Shown here: positions 30,199-41,084 of the stretch, in pieces | Layout: the number at the start of each line of letters is the position of its first letter | Position numbering within the stretch: the stretch's first letter is position 1 | DNA from: an uncultured Holophagales bacterium | Lineage (GTDB): Bacteria; Acidobacteriota; Thermoanaerobaculia; Multivoradales; UBA5704 | Direction of reading: 5' to 3' | DNA: 64,000 nt | NCBI GenBank assembly: GCA_963842525.1 | Contig: CAWJGT010000019.1 | Coordinates: 96,001 to 160,000, forward strand | Position numbers and translations under genes: made by a program | The notes under the pieces: model-generated | The model's database searches: none | Told to the model about the DNA's origin: nothing | What the model saw: only the letters and a program-made list of their open reading frames with translations

Positions 30199-31209
30199 AT
30201 GAAGACGAGACAGTTCCGCTATCCGTACCGGCGCCGGTCGTACGGCCTCCTCTGGGTCATCCTGAGTCTGCTCGGGCTTGGAGCGCTCGCCGCTCTCTTC
30301 GGCCGGCGGTTGCGCGAGAGAGAAGAGGACCTGCCGTCCGGCAGGCGGCGGACCGGAGCCGGAAAAGACCTGCCCGAGGAGCCGTCCCAGGAGTATCCGG
30401 AGCCGGCGCCGCCGGAGAGCCTGGCCGTCTGGATCCCCGGTCCCGCCGGCAACCTCTACGTCCGCGACGGGGGTGATGGGGGTGACAGGAGCGGGCGCGC
30501 CCTGCCGATCCTGTTCCTCCACAGCCTGGCCGGCAACGGCGGGCAGTGGGCCCTGCAGCTCGACCATCTCCGCCGGCACCGCCGCGCCGTGGCGCTCGAC
30601 TTCCGGGGGCACGGAGACTCCGACCCCGCGGAGGACGGCGACTATTCGGTCCCGGGCCTGACCGCGGACGTCGAGGCGGTCGCGGACCAACTCGGTCTGC
30701 GGCACTTCGTGCTCGCCGGGCACAGCCTCGGCTCGCTGGCGGCGATCGAGTATGCGGGCCGGCACCCCGAGCGGGTCGCGGGTCTCCTCCTGGTGGACCC
30801 CAACGGCGATCAGAGCGAGCTGCCGCGCGAGCAGTTCGAATCCTTCCTGGAGGCCCTGCGCCAGGACCCGCTCGGCGAGCTCGAGTCGTACTTCCGCCAG
30901 ATCGTGGTCGGCGGCGATCCGGACGCCTCCCGCTGGGTGCTGGAGGATCTACGGCTGACCCATGAGGACGCCGTCCTGCGGGCCGTCGAGGGCTCGATCG
31001 TCTACCAGCCGCTGCCGGCCCTGGCGCGCTACCAGGGACCGAAGCTGTCCATCGTCAGCGACCTGAACAGCCTCCCCGTCAGCCTGCACCGCCTGGTGCC
31101 CGGCCTCCCGGTCCGTCTCATGCCCGGCACCGGCCACTGGCTGATGATGGACCGGCCGGAAACGTTCAACCACCTCGTCGACGAATTTCTGGACCAGGTG
31201 GAGGGCTGA
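30199..31209 (+). CDS. Membrane-anchored alpha/beta hydrolase
   Basis: LFLHSLAG, DFRGHGDS, GHSLG nucleophile elbow, GHWLMMDRP. Confidence 0.9.
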   Translation: MKTRQFRYPYRRRSYGLLWVILSLLGLGALAALFGRRLREREEDLPSGRRRTGAGKDLPEEPSQEYPEPAPPESLAVWIPGPAGNLYVRDGGDGGDRSGRALPILFLHSLAGNGGQWALQLDHLRRHRRAVALDFRGHGDSDPAEDGDYSVPGLTADVEAVADQLGLRHFVLAGHSLGSLAAIEYAGRHPERVAGLLLVDPNGDQSELPREQFESFLEALRQDPLGELESYFRQIVVGGDPDASRWVLEDLRLTHEDAVLRAVEGSIVYQPLPALARYQGPKLSIVSDLNSLPVSLHRLVPGLPVRLMPGTGHWLMMDRPETFNHLVDEFLDQVEG

Positions 31210-31232
31210 CTCCGCTATAGTCCGTCGCCGTC

Positions 31233-32544
31233 ATGGGCGACAAAACACCTCACCGCGAGACGGTGACGCCGGAAGATTCGGCTTCGGATGCTGCCGAGGC
31301 GCGCGGCTGGGAGGGGCTCACGGAGTGGACCGGCGGGCTGCCTCCGGACCAGGTCGAGGCGCTCGCGAGCGTGCATGACCTGGAGCCGGTCTATCCCCTG
31401 CTCCATGCCCTTGTAGGCCGCGCGCCGCGCGACTTCTTCGCGCGGGCGGCCGTCCTCGAGGCCCTGGTCGAGAAGCTCGCGGCCGGCGTTCGCCCCCGAG
31501 GACCTCGACGAGGTGCTCTACTGGCTCGTCGAGCCGGCGCGGTCCGCCGTCGTGCGCACCCTGCGGCAGAGCGGCTGGCTGGACTTCGACACCATGGCCG
31601 GCTACGTCCTGACCGACGCCGGGCGGTGGGCGTACGACGTCCTCTCCTTCCTCCACCGGCGCCTGCGCGAGAGCGAGCTGCTGCCGACCCTCGCCGGCGT
31701 GCGCTACGCCCTCGACATCGGCCTCGATCCGATCCGCCACCTCCAGTCGCTGCGCTCGCGGCTCGTCGCGCTGCGCGAGGAGATCGACGCGGCCATGGCC
31801 TCCCATTCGGAGGTGGTCCTCCGGCGCACGGCCGACAAGCTGCGGGACGTGCTCGACCTCTCGGGCCGCATCCGGGCGGTGCTCGACGCGGTGCGGCTCG
31901 ATCAGGTGGCGGCGCGGCGGGTGGCGCGCGAGATCCACGAGCTGCTCTCGCGCCTCCACGGCGCGGGCGCCTCCCTCCATGCCGCCATCACCGAGGTGGG
32001 CCGGCAGTATCTCCACTTGACGGCCGGGCTGACCACCGAGCAGATCGTCCGCGCCCTGATGAGCAAGAGCCTCGACGAGCTGGCCGCGGTCGGGCGGGAC
32101 GCGCTGTTCCCTGCCCTGGCGCCTCCGCCGCTCCTCACCACCGAGGCTGTCGCCCAGGCCGCCGAGCTGCAGGTTCTGCGCGAGCGTCCGGAGGCCGAGC
32201 CGGTGGTGTGGACCGAGCCGCTGGAGCCCATGCGCGCCGCCGATGCCATCGAGGTACCCCCCGAGGTGGAGCGCCTGCTCGCCGACCTCGCCGCCATCGC
32301 CAGGACGGCCGAGGCCACCCCTCTTGCGGACCTCGTGCCGGCGGGTGACACGGGCGAGTCGTTCCTGCGCGCGAGCCTGCTCTCGCTCGTCGGCGCGAGC
32401 TGGGCGGGCGAGGGGATCGCCGGCCGGCTCGGCGCCCTGCCGCTCGACGTCGAGGCCGAGGGTGACGGCTGGCCCGAGGACCTCGCGGCGTCCGGCGAAG
32501 GCCCGCTCGCGCGCCTGACGCCGGGCACCATCCGGGCGCGCTGA
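31233..32544 (+). CDS. Putative kleisin (JetA/MksF/MukF-like), frameshift near 31480
   Basis: About 436 aa when joined; N-terminal winged-helix-like segment (VRTLRQSGWL..GYVLTDAG) then a helical bundle; assigned mainly by position before the SMC and Toprim genes. Confidence 0.6.
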
Positions 32545-32733
32545 GCTTCACTCCCCGGTCTGTTCCTCTCCGTAGTGTTGACGGTTTGTACACGTCTGCT
32601 TTTTTCGCTCCTCGCGGCGACAGAGTCCGTTATAGACTGATTGTGGAGATGAGCGACAAAGCGCAGTGCCGGACGACGCCGCAATCGGAAGATCCCGCTT
32701 CGCGGGCCTATGGGAACAGCGCCTGACGGGAGC

Positions 32734-33616
32734 ATGGACGAGGCCACCCGCATCTGCGCCCGCCTGCTCCGGGAGGGAAGCGTCGCCCGGGCGGAGCTCC
32801 CTGACCTCGACTTCCCCGAGGTGCGCCACGAGGTCGAGCGCAGGTTCCAGGCAGTGGGCCTCGTTCTCGCGACGAGCGTCTACTCGGAGCACGTCGGAAT
32901 CCGGCTCTCGGCCGATGTCACCGGCGACGCCGCTTTCGATGCCGCGTCGAACCTCGGCCTGCGGTCCGATGCCTGCGCCCTGCTGGTGATCCTCTGGGCC
33001 CGTCTGGTGCTGCAGAAACGCACGGCTGCGGACACGCGGGAGCTGCCAGGCCAGGGAGCCCTGTTCTCCCGCGAGAGCCTCGGCGGCGGCGCGGGGGTTC
33101 CGGCCACGGGTCCGCCTGGAGACCCTGGTGCGGGAGTTCCGGCCCGTGCTGGGCGGGCGGAGCCGCATCCTGAGCCTCGTGTCGCAGCTCCGCCGGCTGG
33201 GTTTCCTCGCCGGCCACGGCGAGGTGATCGAAGCCGGCCCTCTCCTCGAGCTGGCGATCGACGGCGAGCGGATGGTCGCCTTCCTGCGCCGCGAGGTGCT
33301 GGCGAAGCTGCTGGAGGAGCGCGAACGCGCGCCTGGCGAGGCCGGGGAGGGGGCGGAGGACGAAGCCGCGGGCGAGGAGCTGCTCGCCGGTTTCGGCGGC
33401 CGGGTGCTGGAGGCGATCGGCCGGCTGGGCGGCACCGCGGCGATGGGCGACCTGTCGCGGCAGACCGACGCGCCCGCCTCGCGCCTGCGGCGCGTCCTCC
33501 GCGAGTTGGAGGAGGCGGGGCACGTGCGCCGCACCGGCGAGAGGGCGAGCGCCCGGTATCATCTGGCCAAGGCGTTCGATCGACCTGGGGCGAAGACGGC
33601 GGAGGACGAGGGCTGA
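32734..33616 (+). CDS. Putative KITE subunit (JetB/MksE-like) with an extra C-terminal winged helix, frameshift near 33080
   Basis: ALLVILWARL, LRRLGFL..IEAGPLL, then VLRELEEAGHVRRTGERASARY; TGATG coupling to the SMC gene. Confidence 0.65.
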
Positions 33617-36349
33617 TGTTCCGGTTCCTCGAGCTCTCCCTCCACGGCTGGGACCTCTGGCCGCAGGTGCGCATCCCGCTCCACCGCGACGTGGTCCTGC
33701 TGACCGGCCCGAACGGCTCGGGCAAGACGACGCTGCTCGACGCCATCCGCCAGCTCCTGAACGCGCCCCGCCTTTCCTCGCGGCGGCGGCTCCAGAACTA
33801 CCTGCGCCGGCCGGACGCGCCCGCCCTGATCCGCGCCGTGGTGTCGAACGAGCCCGGATATGGCGGTAGTGCCCGCGGCGGCCCGGCGGGAGCGCCTTTC
33901 CGCCGCGAGCGCATCACGACGCCCGAGGCGACCCTGGCCTGCGCCCTGGTGCCGGCCGGCGGCGGCTCGCCGGAAAAGCGTTTCGCGGTCCTCCCCGGCC
34001 GGCCGCCGCTGGAGGAGATCCGGCGCGTGCTGCTGGAGTCGCGCGACTGGTACGGCCCCGACCGCTACCAGCGGGTGCTCGAAGGGGCCGGCGTGACGCG
34101 CAGCCTGATGAGCGTGCTGGCCATCGAGCAGGGACGGACCAACGCGCTCTTCGAGCTCAAGCCGCGCGAGCTGTTCCGCCGCGTCCTGGAGATGATGGGA
34201 GACCACGCGGTCCTCGAACGCTACAGCGAGGCGCGCCGGCGGTTCGCCGAGAGCGAGGGCGAGGTGGTGCGGCAGACCTCGGCGGTGCAGCGGCTGGAGC
34301 TCGATCTGCGGCAGATCGAGCGGCAGGTGGCCCGCCTGGAAGAGTGGGAGAGCCACCGCGACCGCGTGGCCGAGCTCGAGGCACGGCTGCCGGCCGCCGA
34401 GCTGCAGGTCTGGCTGCGCCGGCGCGCCGAGGCGGGCGCCAAGCTCCCCGAGCTGCGCACCAAGGTGCGCCGGGGGGAGGTGGACCTCGCCTCGCTCGAA
34501 GCCGAGGCCTCGGGCTCGCGGAACCGCGAGGCGCGGGCCCTCACCCGCCTGGAGGAGGCCCGCCGAACCGAGGCCGAGGCGCTCGCCGCCTGGGAGGCCG
34601 TACACCGGCGGCACGTCCTGGCGGTCGAGCGGCTCACCACACTGGAGGCCCGGGCACGCGAAGCCGCCGAGCTGCCCGAGGGGGACCTTCCCGCCCTGGA
34701 GGCCGCCGCCGAGGCCGCCGCCCGGGGTTTCTTCGCGGCTGAGGCCGCGGCGGCCCAGGCCCGCGTCCGGGAAAACGAGGCCCGCCGCAAGGTCGAGCGC
34801 CTGCGCGCGGGGCTCCCGGTCTATCCGGAGGCGGTGACCCGCACCCTCTCTGCCCTCCAGTCGCGGGGGATTGCCGCGGCGCTCCTCGCCGCCGCTGTCG
34901 AGGTGACCGATCCGGCGCGCGGCGAAGCGGCCGAGGCGGCGCTCGGCGATGCCCGCTGGGCGCTGCTGGTGGAGCCGGACGTGGAGGTCTCGGTACTGGA
35001 CGCGGCGCGCGCGGAAGGCTTTCCGGGCCCGGTCTGGTCCGGCGAGCGGCTGGATCGGTCCGAGACCGTTGGAGCCTACCGCCTGGCCGTGGGCGCGCCC
35101 GGCTGGCTGCGCCGCTGGCCGGCCGCCGTCGAGCTGCGCGAGGACGGCTCCTGGCGTGACGAGCGGGGCACCTGGGTGGCCCCGCCTCGCGAGCGCGTCC
35201 TCGGCCAGGCCGGCCGGGAGGCGGCGCTGGCCCGGGCCCAACGCCGAGCTCGAGACGATCCGCCGGGAAAGGGCCGTTGCCCAGGAGGCGCGGTCGGTCG
35301 CCACGGTCCGGCGCTCTGAAGCCGACGGTGCGCTCGCCGTCGAGCGCCGGCGGCGGGAGCTGCTGCGCGATGCCGCGGGTCTACCCGCGGCGCGGGAGGA
35401 GGCGCGCCACGCCGAAACGGAGCTGCGGCGGGCCGGCCAGCAGCGGGACCGGGCGGCGGAGGCCCGGGAGGAGGCCCATCGGGCGCACAATGACGCCCTC
35501 CGCGACCAGACGGCCGCCGAGACGCGCGCCGAGCAGCAGACCAACCGCCTGCGCGGCGAGCGCGAGGCCCTGGAGCGCACCGAGACCGACTTTGGCGCGG
35601 CGGACGCCCGCGTGCGCGACCTCGCCGTCCGGGTGCCATCCGAGCTCCAGGCCCGGGCCGAGCGGGGCGAGCTCGACGGGCCGGACACCGTGGCGAGCGA
35701 CCTCGAACGGGCACGCCGTGCCTTCGCCTCGCTGGGAGACCCGCCGCCCCGCGAGGTCCGCGAGGAGGCGATCCACCTCCGGGCCAACATCGAAGAGGCC
35801 GAGCGCCACCTGGCCGCCCGCCGCCGCGAGGCGGAGGAGGCGCTGACCGAGCTGGCGGAGTGCCGGCGGCGCTACCTGGAGATCGTCAGCGGCGCCCTGT
35901 GGGACTACCGCCGCCGCGCGACCGACCTGGCGGCCGGCGCCGAGGTGGCGGTCGAGATGGAGGTGCCGCGCCTGGCCGACGACGACCGCGTGCTCGACGA
36001 GGCGGCCATCCAGGTGAGCTTCGGCTTCGACGGCAAGGCGCCTCTGCCGCTGGGCGATCCGTCCTTCAGCGGCGGCCAGCAGGTGATCGCCGGCCTGATC
36101 CTCCTGATGGCCATGGCGGAGACCGACGGCCAGGGCTTCTTCATGCTGGACGAACCCTTCGCCCACCTCTCCCTCGACCGCGTCGACCAGGTGGGCCGCT
36201 TCCTGCGCGCCGCCCGCTCGCAGTTCATCCTCACGGCCCCGACGACCCTCGACCGCGCGCAGCTCGACCCCGCCGCCCTGGTCATCGTCCTCCAGAAGAA
36301 GAAGCCGGACCACCCGCACGCGCCCGTGCCGATCGTGGCCGAGGCATGA
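33616..36349 (+). CDS. jetC: SMC-family ATPase (JetC/MksB-like), about 910 aa, frameshift near 35240
   Basis: Walker A GPNGSGKT, Q-loop IEQG, coiled coils, hinge-like AEAALGDARWALLV, signature FSGGQQ, Walker B/D-loop MLDEPFAHL. Confidence 0.85.
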
Positions 36350-37671
36350 ACGACCACTTCTGCACCTACACCCCCCGGCTCGTCTGGGGCGATTGGACGC
36401 GCTCGGGTCCGCTGGCGGAACGGACGGCGCGGCGGGTGCCGGTCTGCTGGACCTGCGGGCGCGAGCGTCCGGCGACCCGGCCGCGTCCGCCGGTGGGCCG
36501 CGAGGTGCGGGCGGAGGTGCCCGAAACGCCGCCTCTCGGCGATCCGGCCGGGCGGCGGGTGGCGGCTGCGCTCCTGCGGCGGAGCGGGGGCGCCGACCAG
36601 GGAGAGCCCATCCCCACGGCGGGAGTGCTCGGCCGGCTGGGGCGGCAGGGCATTCCGGCGAGCCTGGCCGAGGAGTGGCTCGAGCGCTTCCTCCGGGCCG
36701 GCTGGATCGCGTTGCGTTGGCGGCTCGGCCGCCGTGCTCCCCGGCTCTCCGGGATTGTCCTCCTCGACCGGCAGGCCCTGCGGGAGCTCGCGGCTCCCGG
36801 CGTGGAGGAGAAGCGCTTCTTCGCCCTGCGGTCGGCGCGCGAGAAGGCCGCCGGCCTCACCCATCCCAAGGCCCGGGAGATCGCGGCGCTCCTGGAACGC
36901 GAGGAGGCCGAGTCGTTCCCGCCGCGGGTCCTCAACCTCCTCGGCGCGCTGGCCGTCCATGCCGAAGCTGGAGACGTCCTGGCCGAGAGGGTGTTCTCGG
37001 CCCGCTATCTGGGGGACTCCAAGGTCCTCGGCTACCTCCGCCGCCAGATCGAGAAGCTGGTCGGTCCGCTCGCCGTGCTCGGCATCCGCGAGGGCGCGGC
37101 GGTGACCCTGCTCGGCGGCACCGGACGGCTCCATCTCCCCGAGCAGACGGTCGACCTGGCCGGGCTCGCCCCTTTCGCCGGCCTGGCCCGCGAGACCTTC
37201 GAGAGGCTGCAGGCGGTCGACTTCCCGGTCGATCCTCCGCCCGGGGGGCTTCTCGTGGTGGAGAACCTGACCGCCTTCGAGGCTTGCTGCCGCGGCGAGG
37301 TCGAGGGCGCGGGAGGCTCCCTGGTCGCCTGGTCGGCCGGCTACCCCGGCCGCGCCGTCCGCCGCCTGGTGGAGCGCGCCGCGTCCGCCGGAGCCCCCGT
37401 GCGGGTCTGGGCCGACCTCGACCTCGACGGCGTGCGCATCGCCCGTCTGGTCCTCTCCTGGGCTCCGGGCACCGCACACCCATGGAGGATGTCGCCGGAC
37501 GATCTGGCCGCCGTACCCGAGGGCCTTCCCCTCTCCAAGGAGGCCGCCGCAGCAATCCGCCGTGACCTCGCCGACCGCCAGGACGCGCCCCTGGCGGACA
37601 CCCTCCGGGCGATCCTTGCGGCCGGACGGTGGGTGGAGCAGGAGGCTTTGCTGGCGACGCGGTGGAGATGA
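36346..37671 (+). CDS. jetD: Topo VI-A-like Toprim nuclease (JetD/MksG-like, DUF2399-type)
   Basis: SARYLGDSK, VVENLTAF, AGYPG, WADLDLDG (DxD) and VEQEAL motifs; ATGA overlap with the SMC gene. Confidence 0.82.
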   Translation: MNDHFCTYTPRLVWGDWTRSGPLAERTARRVPVCWTCGRERPATRPRPPVGREVRAEVPETPPLGDPAGRRVAAALLRRSGGADQGEPIPTAGVLGRLGRQGIPASLAEEWLERFLRAGWIALRWRLGRRAPRLSGIVLLDRQALRELAAPGVEEKRFFALRSAREKAAGLTHPKAREIAALLEREEAESFPPRVLNLLGALAVHAEAGDVLAERVFSARYLGDSKVLGYLRRQIEKLVGPLAVLGIREGAAVTLLGGTGRLHLPEQTVDLAGLAPFAGLARETFERLQAVDFPVDPPPGGLLVVENLTAFEACCRGEVEGAGGSLVAWSAGYPGRAVRRLVERAASAGAPVRVWADLDLDGVRIARLVLSWAPGTAHPWRMSPDDLAAVPEGLPLSKEAAAAIRRDLADRQDAPLADTLRAILAAGRWVEQEALLATRWR

Positions 37672-37688
37672 AAAAGGGAGGGTCCATG

Positions 37689-38040
37689 CCGAAGAATGGG
37701 CCGGCCGCTCTTCAGAGCGGGCGATTCGCTCCGCGGAGCGGGTTCTCCAGCCGAGGAATGGCCGAGTCGCTCCATGGAGCGGGCCAGACACTCCATGGTG
37801 TGGGCAGTCGCGCCATGGGTGTGGGTCAGTCGCGCCATGGTGCGAGCTGGTCCAACCACGGAGCGGGGAGGCCGCTCCACAGAACGGCTGCTCCTGCCGT
37901 GGAGCGGCTTCCACCGAGATCGGAGCGAACCACCCGCTCCATGGAGCGAGAGACCCGCTCCCCGGAGCAGGCTGGTCCGCTTTCGGCAGTCCCCGCCCGC
38001 TCCGGCTGGAGAGCTCTCGCTCTGTGGAGCGGCCGGTCGC
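37689..38040. repeat. Array of about 16 units, period about 21 bp, palindromic core CGCTCCATGGAGCG
   Basis: Perfect palindromes at 37727-37740, 37768-37781 and 37935-37948; degenerate copies every 20-22 bp. Confidence 0.8.
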
Positions 38041-38050
38041 ACGCCCCCGC

Positions 38051-38275
38051 TTACGCAGGCCGGGCCACGATCCGCGCCAGCGGCGGCGCGGTAAACAGGC
38101 CTGACAGCAGCCCGGCCGCGAGCGCGAAGGCGACGAAGCCCACCGGGCTCACCAGCCCGCCGAAGACCAGATCTGCGGCCAGCGAGGCCAGCAACAGCGC
38201 GCCGCCCAGGCCCAGCGTGCTCGTCCGCATCCAGGTACGCGAGGTTCCGGAGGTCTTGCGCAGCACCAGCCACTG
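38051..38275 (-). pseudogene. Probable C-terminal remnant of a membrane protein
   Basis: QWLVLR followed by two hydrophobic helices; no convincing start or RBS. Confidence 0.35.
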
Positions 38276-38322
38276 CTGCCCTGTGTTGCAGGAGGGTGCG
38301 CGATCCATGGGAAAATCTGATC

Positions 38323-38700
38323 ATGAAACAAGAGTTCCGCATCCATGGCCTCGACCATGTTCAGCTCGCGATGCCTCCCGGGCAGGAAGACCTGGCCCGT
38401 ATGTTCTATGGCGGCACGCTCGGTCTGATGGAGGTCCCCAAGCCGCCACAGCTCGCCGGGCGCGGCGGCGTCTGGTTTTCCGGCGGAGCCCTGCAGGTGC
38501 ATCTCGGCGTCGAGCAGGACTTCCGGCCGGCCCGGAAGGCTCACCCGGCTTTCGTCGTCGAGAATCTCGATGCGCTCAGCCAGCGCTTCCGGGACGCGGG
38601 GATCGATGTGTTCACCGACGAGCCTCTGGAGGGTCGGCGTCGCATCTTCGTGCACGACCCGTTCGGCAACCGCATCGAGCTCCTCGAGCCTCAACCCTAA
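38323..38700 (+). CDS. VOC/glyoxalase-family protein
   Basis: GLDHVQLAMP, FYGGTLGL, KAHPAF and DPFGNRIEL motifs. Confidence 0.9.
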   Translation: MKQEFRIHGLDHVQLAMPPGQEDLARMFYGGTLGLMEVPKPPQLAGRGGVWFSGGALQVHLGVEQDFRPARKAHPAFVVENLDALSQRFRDAGIDVFTDEPLEGRRRIFVHDPFGNRIELLEPQP

Positions 38701-38772
38701 ACATTGCAGCGCGTTTCTTCGTAGAAATGAAACGACCGCAATGGTCATCAAGGGTCAGGAGGAACCCGAGCC

Positions 38773-39210
38773 ATGAAGAAAGCTGTCGCGACGTTCTCTC
38801 TCGCTCTCGCCCTGGCCGGCGTGGCCGCTGTCCGCGCCCAGGCGCCGTTCCCCGTGGACGGGATGGGGACTCCCTACAAGGACCCGGTGCAGCGGGCGGC
38901 GGTGTACTACAGCCGCGGTGTGAAGGCGATGCGCAAGGCGGAGAAGGCCAAGGAGCCGACCGAGCAGCGCAAGCTCTACGAAAGGGCCAAGGAGGAGCTC
39001 GCCAAGGCCGTTGGATACGACGCGAACTTCGACGCCACGCTCGCCCTCGGCCAGGTCTATCTCGCGCTCGGACAGAAGCCGTCGGCACTCAGCTCCTGCG
39101 CGCGAGCGCTCGCCTTGAAGCCCAAGAATGCGAACGCGCAGGCCTGCGTGGATTCCTCCCGCGTCCAGCAGACCGCGGAGACGCCATCGCCGGAGGGTCC
39201 CTCTTCGTAA
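38773..39210 (+). CDS. Small secreted TPR protein
   Basis: GGAGG RBS, signal peptide, LALGQVYLALGQ..ALALKPKNANA. Confidence 0.8.
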   Translation: MKKAVATFSLALALAGVAAVRAQAPFPVDGMGTPYKDPVQRAAVYYSRGVKAMRKAEKAKEPTEQRKLYERAKEELAKAVGYDANFDATLALGQVYLALGQKPSALSSCARALALKPKNANAQACVDSSRVQQTAETPSPEGPSS

Positions 39211-39250
39211 CCGCAATACTGTTCGTCGCGCCCCGGGCGTTCTCGGTGAA

Positions 39251-40945
39251 TCAACCGCCCGGCGGCGGCGCCGGTCCCTGAGGCCCGATCCGCCGCAGCT
39301 TGCGTGATCGCGCGTAGGCCTCGATGAGCTCGGCCCGGATCGCCTGAACGGCTTCTTCCTTGCCGGCGATCGCCTCCCGGCGGATGAAATCGCCGGAGGG
39401 CAGCCGCTTGCCGCCGGTGTACTCCAGGACCTCCGGCTCGAAGAAGGCATAGAGCGGCAGGTAGTCGCGCCGGAAGCGCGGGTCGAGGTCCAGGGCCCCG
39501 GCCGCGGTCCAGTAGTGGTGGATGTGGATGAAGGTCGGCCGGGCCTGCTCGAAGATGTAGTCGTGGAGGGCCTTCTGGTCCTTGCCGAGGGCGCGGGCGA
39601 TGCTGGCATCGGTCAGCCCGGCGAGGTCGTAGACCCGCAGGCGCGAGGCCCAGAGAGTGCCGCCGATATCGGGCAGCAGGAACGATCCCTCTTCGAGGCC
39701 AAGGAGGTCGGCGAAGCGGTTGAAGCGCAGGCCGTAGTCGTGGAGGACCTCGGCGAACGGGACTGTGGGGGACGCCGCGAAGAGCAGGGAGCGGGGGATG
39801 AACACCGCGAGGCTCAGGCCCACGGCAACCAGGATGCCGGCGCGGCCTGCCTGGCGCCGTGCGGAGGCGGGCAGCAACTCCTCGCCCAGGCTGGCGGCGA
39901 GCAGGGCCGCGGTGGCGAAGAGGAAGGGATAGAACGGCGTGGCGAAACGGTATTCCTCCATCCAGTCGCGCGGGAGGAGCAGGTAGGCCGCGGCTGCGCA
40001 GGCGGTGAAGGCGAGCAGCGCGCCGTGGCCCCAGCGCAGCCGCCGCCGGCCGGCCAGGAAGGCCGCGCTCATCAGGAGCGCCACGAGGATCGCGCCTCCG
40101 CCCAGCCCGGCCGCGCTCCGCATCAGATCCACCAGATCGCGCACCATGGGCGGGCGCAGCGTCACCAGGTCGGACACCATCTCCGCCGTCGGCCCCCCTT
40201 TGGCATGGTAGGTGTTGGGGACGAGGTCGCCGAAGTAGAGCCCGCGGAAGGCAAGATAGCCGCCAAAAAGGAGAAGGAAGGCAACGCCGTAGAGGCCGAT
40301 CCTCGTGGCGGCAGGGCGCATCCGGACGGGCCGTCCCTCGGCGAAGAGGGTGAGCAGCGGGTAGAGACCCGCGTAGACGAGGCCGTCCGGGCGGGTGAGG
40401 GCGATGCCGGCGGCCACCGCGCCCGCCGCAAGAGCGAGGCCGGGAGCAGGGCCCTGGACGCGCTCGCGAACCAGCACCGCGAGCAGCAGGCAGGTCAGGG
40501 CGACGTAGAGCGGGTTTTCGAGCCCGGAGACCGTCCAGATCACGAACGGCGTGCAGACGGCGAGGAGCAGCAGGGCGGCCAGCGGCACGGCCCGCCGGCC
40601 GCCGGACAGATTCAAGAGAACGCGCCCGAGCAGGACGAAGGAGACCGCGGCCAGGGCCAGGCTCAGCAGCTTCGGGGTGATCACCGAGTGGAAGAGCCGC
40701 AGGAGGAAGAAGGGGACGAGCCCCAGCAGCCAGAGGGGGTTCGAGTAGCCCTCCACGGGCGGCAGCCCCGGCTGGGAGACCAGCCCATTACCGGACGCCA
40801 GGTTGCGCGCATAGGCAAAGGTAATTCCTGCGTCGTCGACGATCCAGGCGCCGAGGAGGAAGGCGTGGACGAGGTAGACGAGGAAGGGAAGGGCGAAGAC
40901 GGCCGCGCCGCGGAACTTTTCGCGTGGGCGTATGAGATCAATCAT
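39251..40945 (-). CDS. GT-C-type integral membrane glycosyltransferase
   Basis: DDAGITFAYARNL, VEGYSNPLW, SGLENPL, TRPDG and PNTYHAK motifs; many TM helices. Confidence 0.8.
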   Translation of the reverse strand: MIDLIRPREKFRGAAVFALPFLVYLVHAFLLGAWIVDDAGITFAYARNLASGNGLVSQPGLPPVEGYSNPLWLLGLVPFFLLRLFHSVITPKLLSLALAAVSFVLLGRVLLNLSGGRRAVPLAALLLLAVCTPFVIWTVSGLENPLYVALTCLLLAVLVRERVQGPAPGLALAAGAVAAGIALTRPDGLVYAGLYPLLTLFAEGRPVRMRPAATRIGLYGVAFLLLFGGYLAFRGLYFGDLVPNTYHAKGGPTAEMVSDLVTLRPPMVRDLVDLMRSAAGLGGGAILVALLMSAAFLAGRRRLRWGHGALLAFTACAAAAYLLLPRDWMEEYRFATPFYPFLFATAALLAASLGEELLPASARRQAGRAGILVAVGLSLAVFIPRSLLFAASPTVPFAEVLHDYGLRFNRFADLLGLEEGSFLLPDIGGTLWASRLRVYDLAGLTDASIARALGKDQKALHDYIFEQARPTFIHIHHYWTAAGALDLDPRFRRDYLPLYAFFEPEVLEYTGGKRLPSGDFIRREAIAGKEEAVQAIRAELIEAYARSRKLRRIGPQGPAPPPGG

Positions 40946-40972
40946 GACCGTGCCTCCGGCTCCTCGCGTCCG

Positions 40973-41084
40973 CGCCCAGGGTTCACACCCTGGGCTACCG
41001 AATGGCGCCCTCCGGGCTCACAAAGGCCTGGGATTCCAGAGCCCGGAGGGCGGAACTGGGTAGCCCCGGGTGTCAACCCGGGGT
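40973..41084. repeat. REP/REPIN-like palindromic element related to 8802-8991
   Basis: GCCCAGGGTTCACACCCTGGGCTA..GCCCTCCGGGCT..AGCCCGGAGGGC..TAGCCCCGGGTGTCAACCCGGGG. Confidence 0.8.

Noticed and set aside
33616-36349. Programmed frameshifting in the SMC gene and other split genes
   Set aside because: No slippery heptamer is evident at the shift sites, and similar indels occur across the window, favouring sequence error.
37689-38040. CRISPR array
   Set aside because: Period is about 21 bp with about 7-bp spacers and degenerate repeats, and there are no cas genes in the window.
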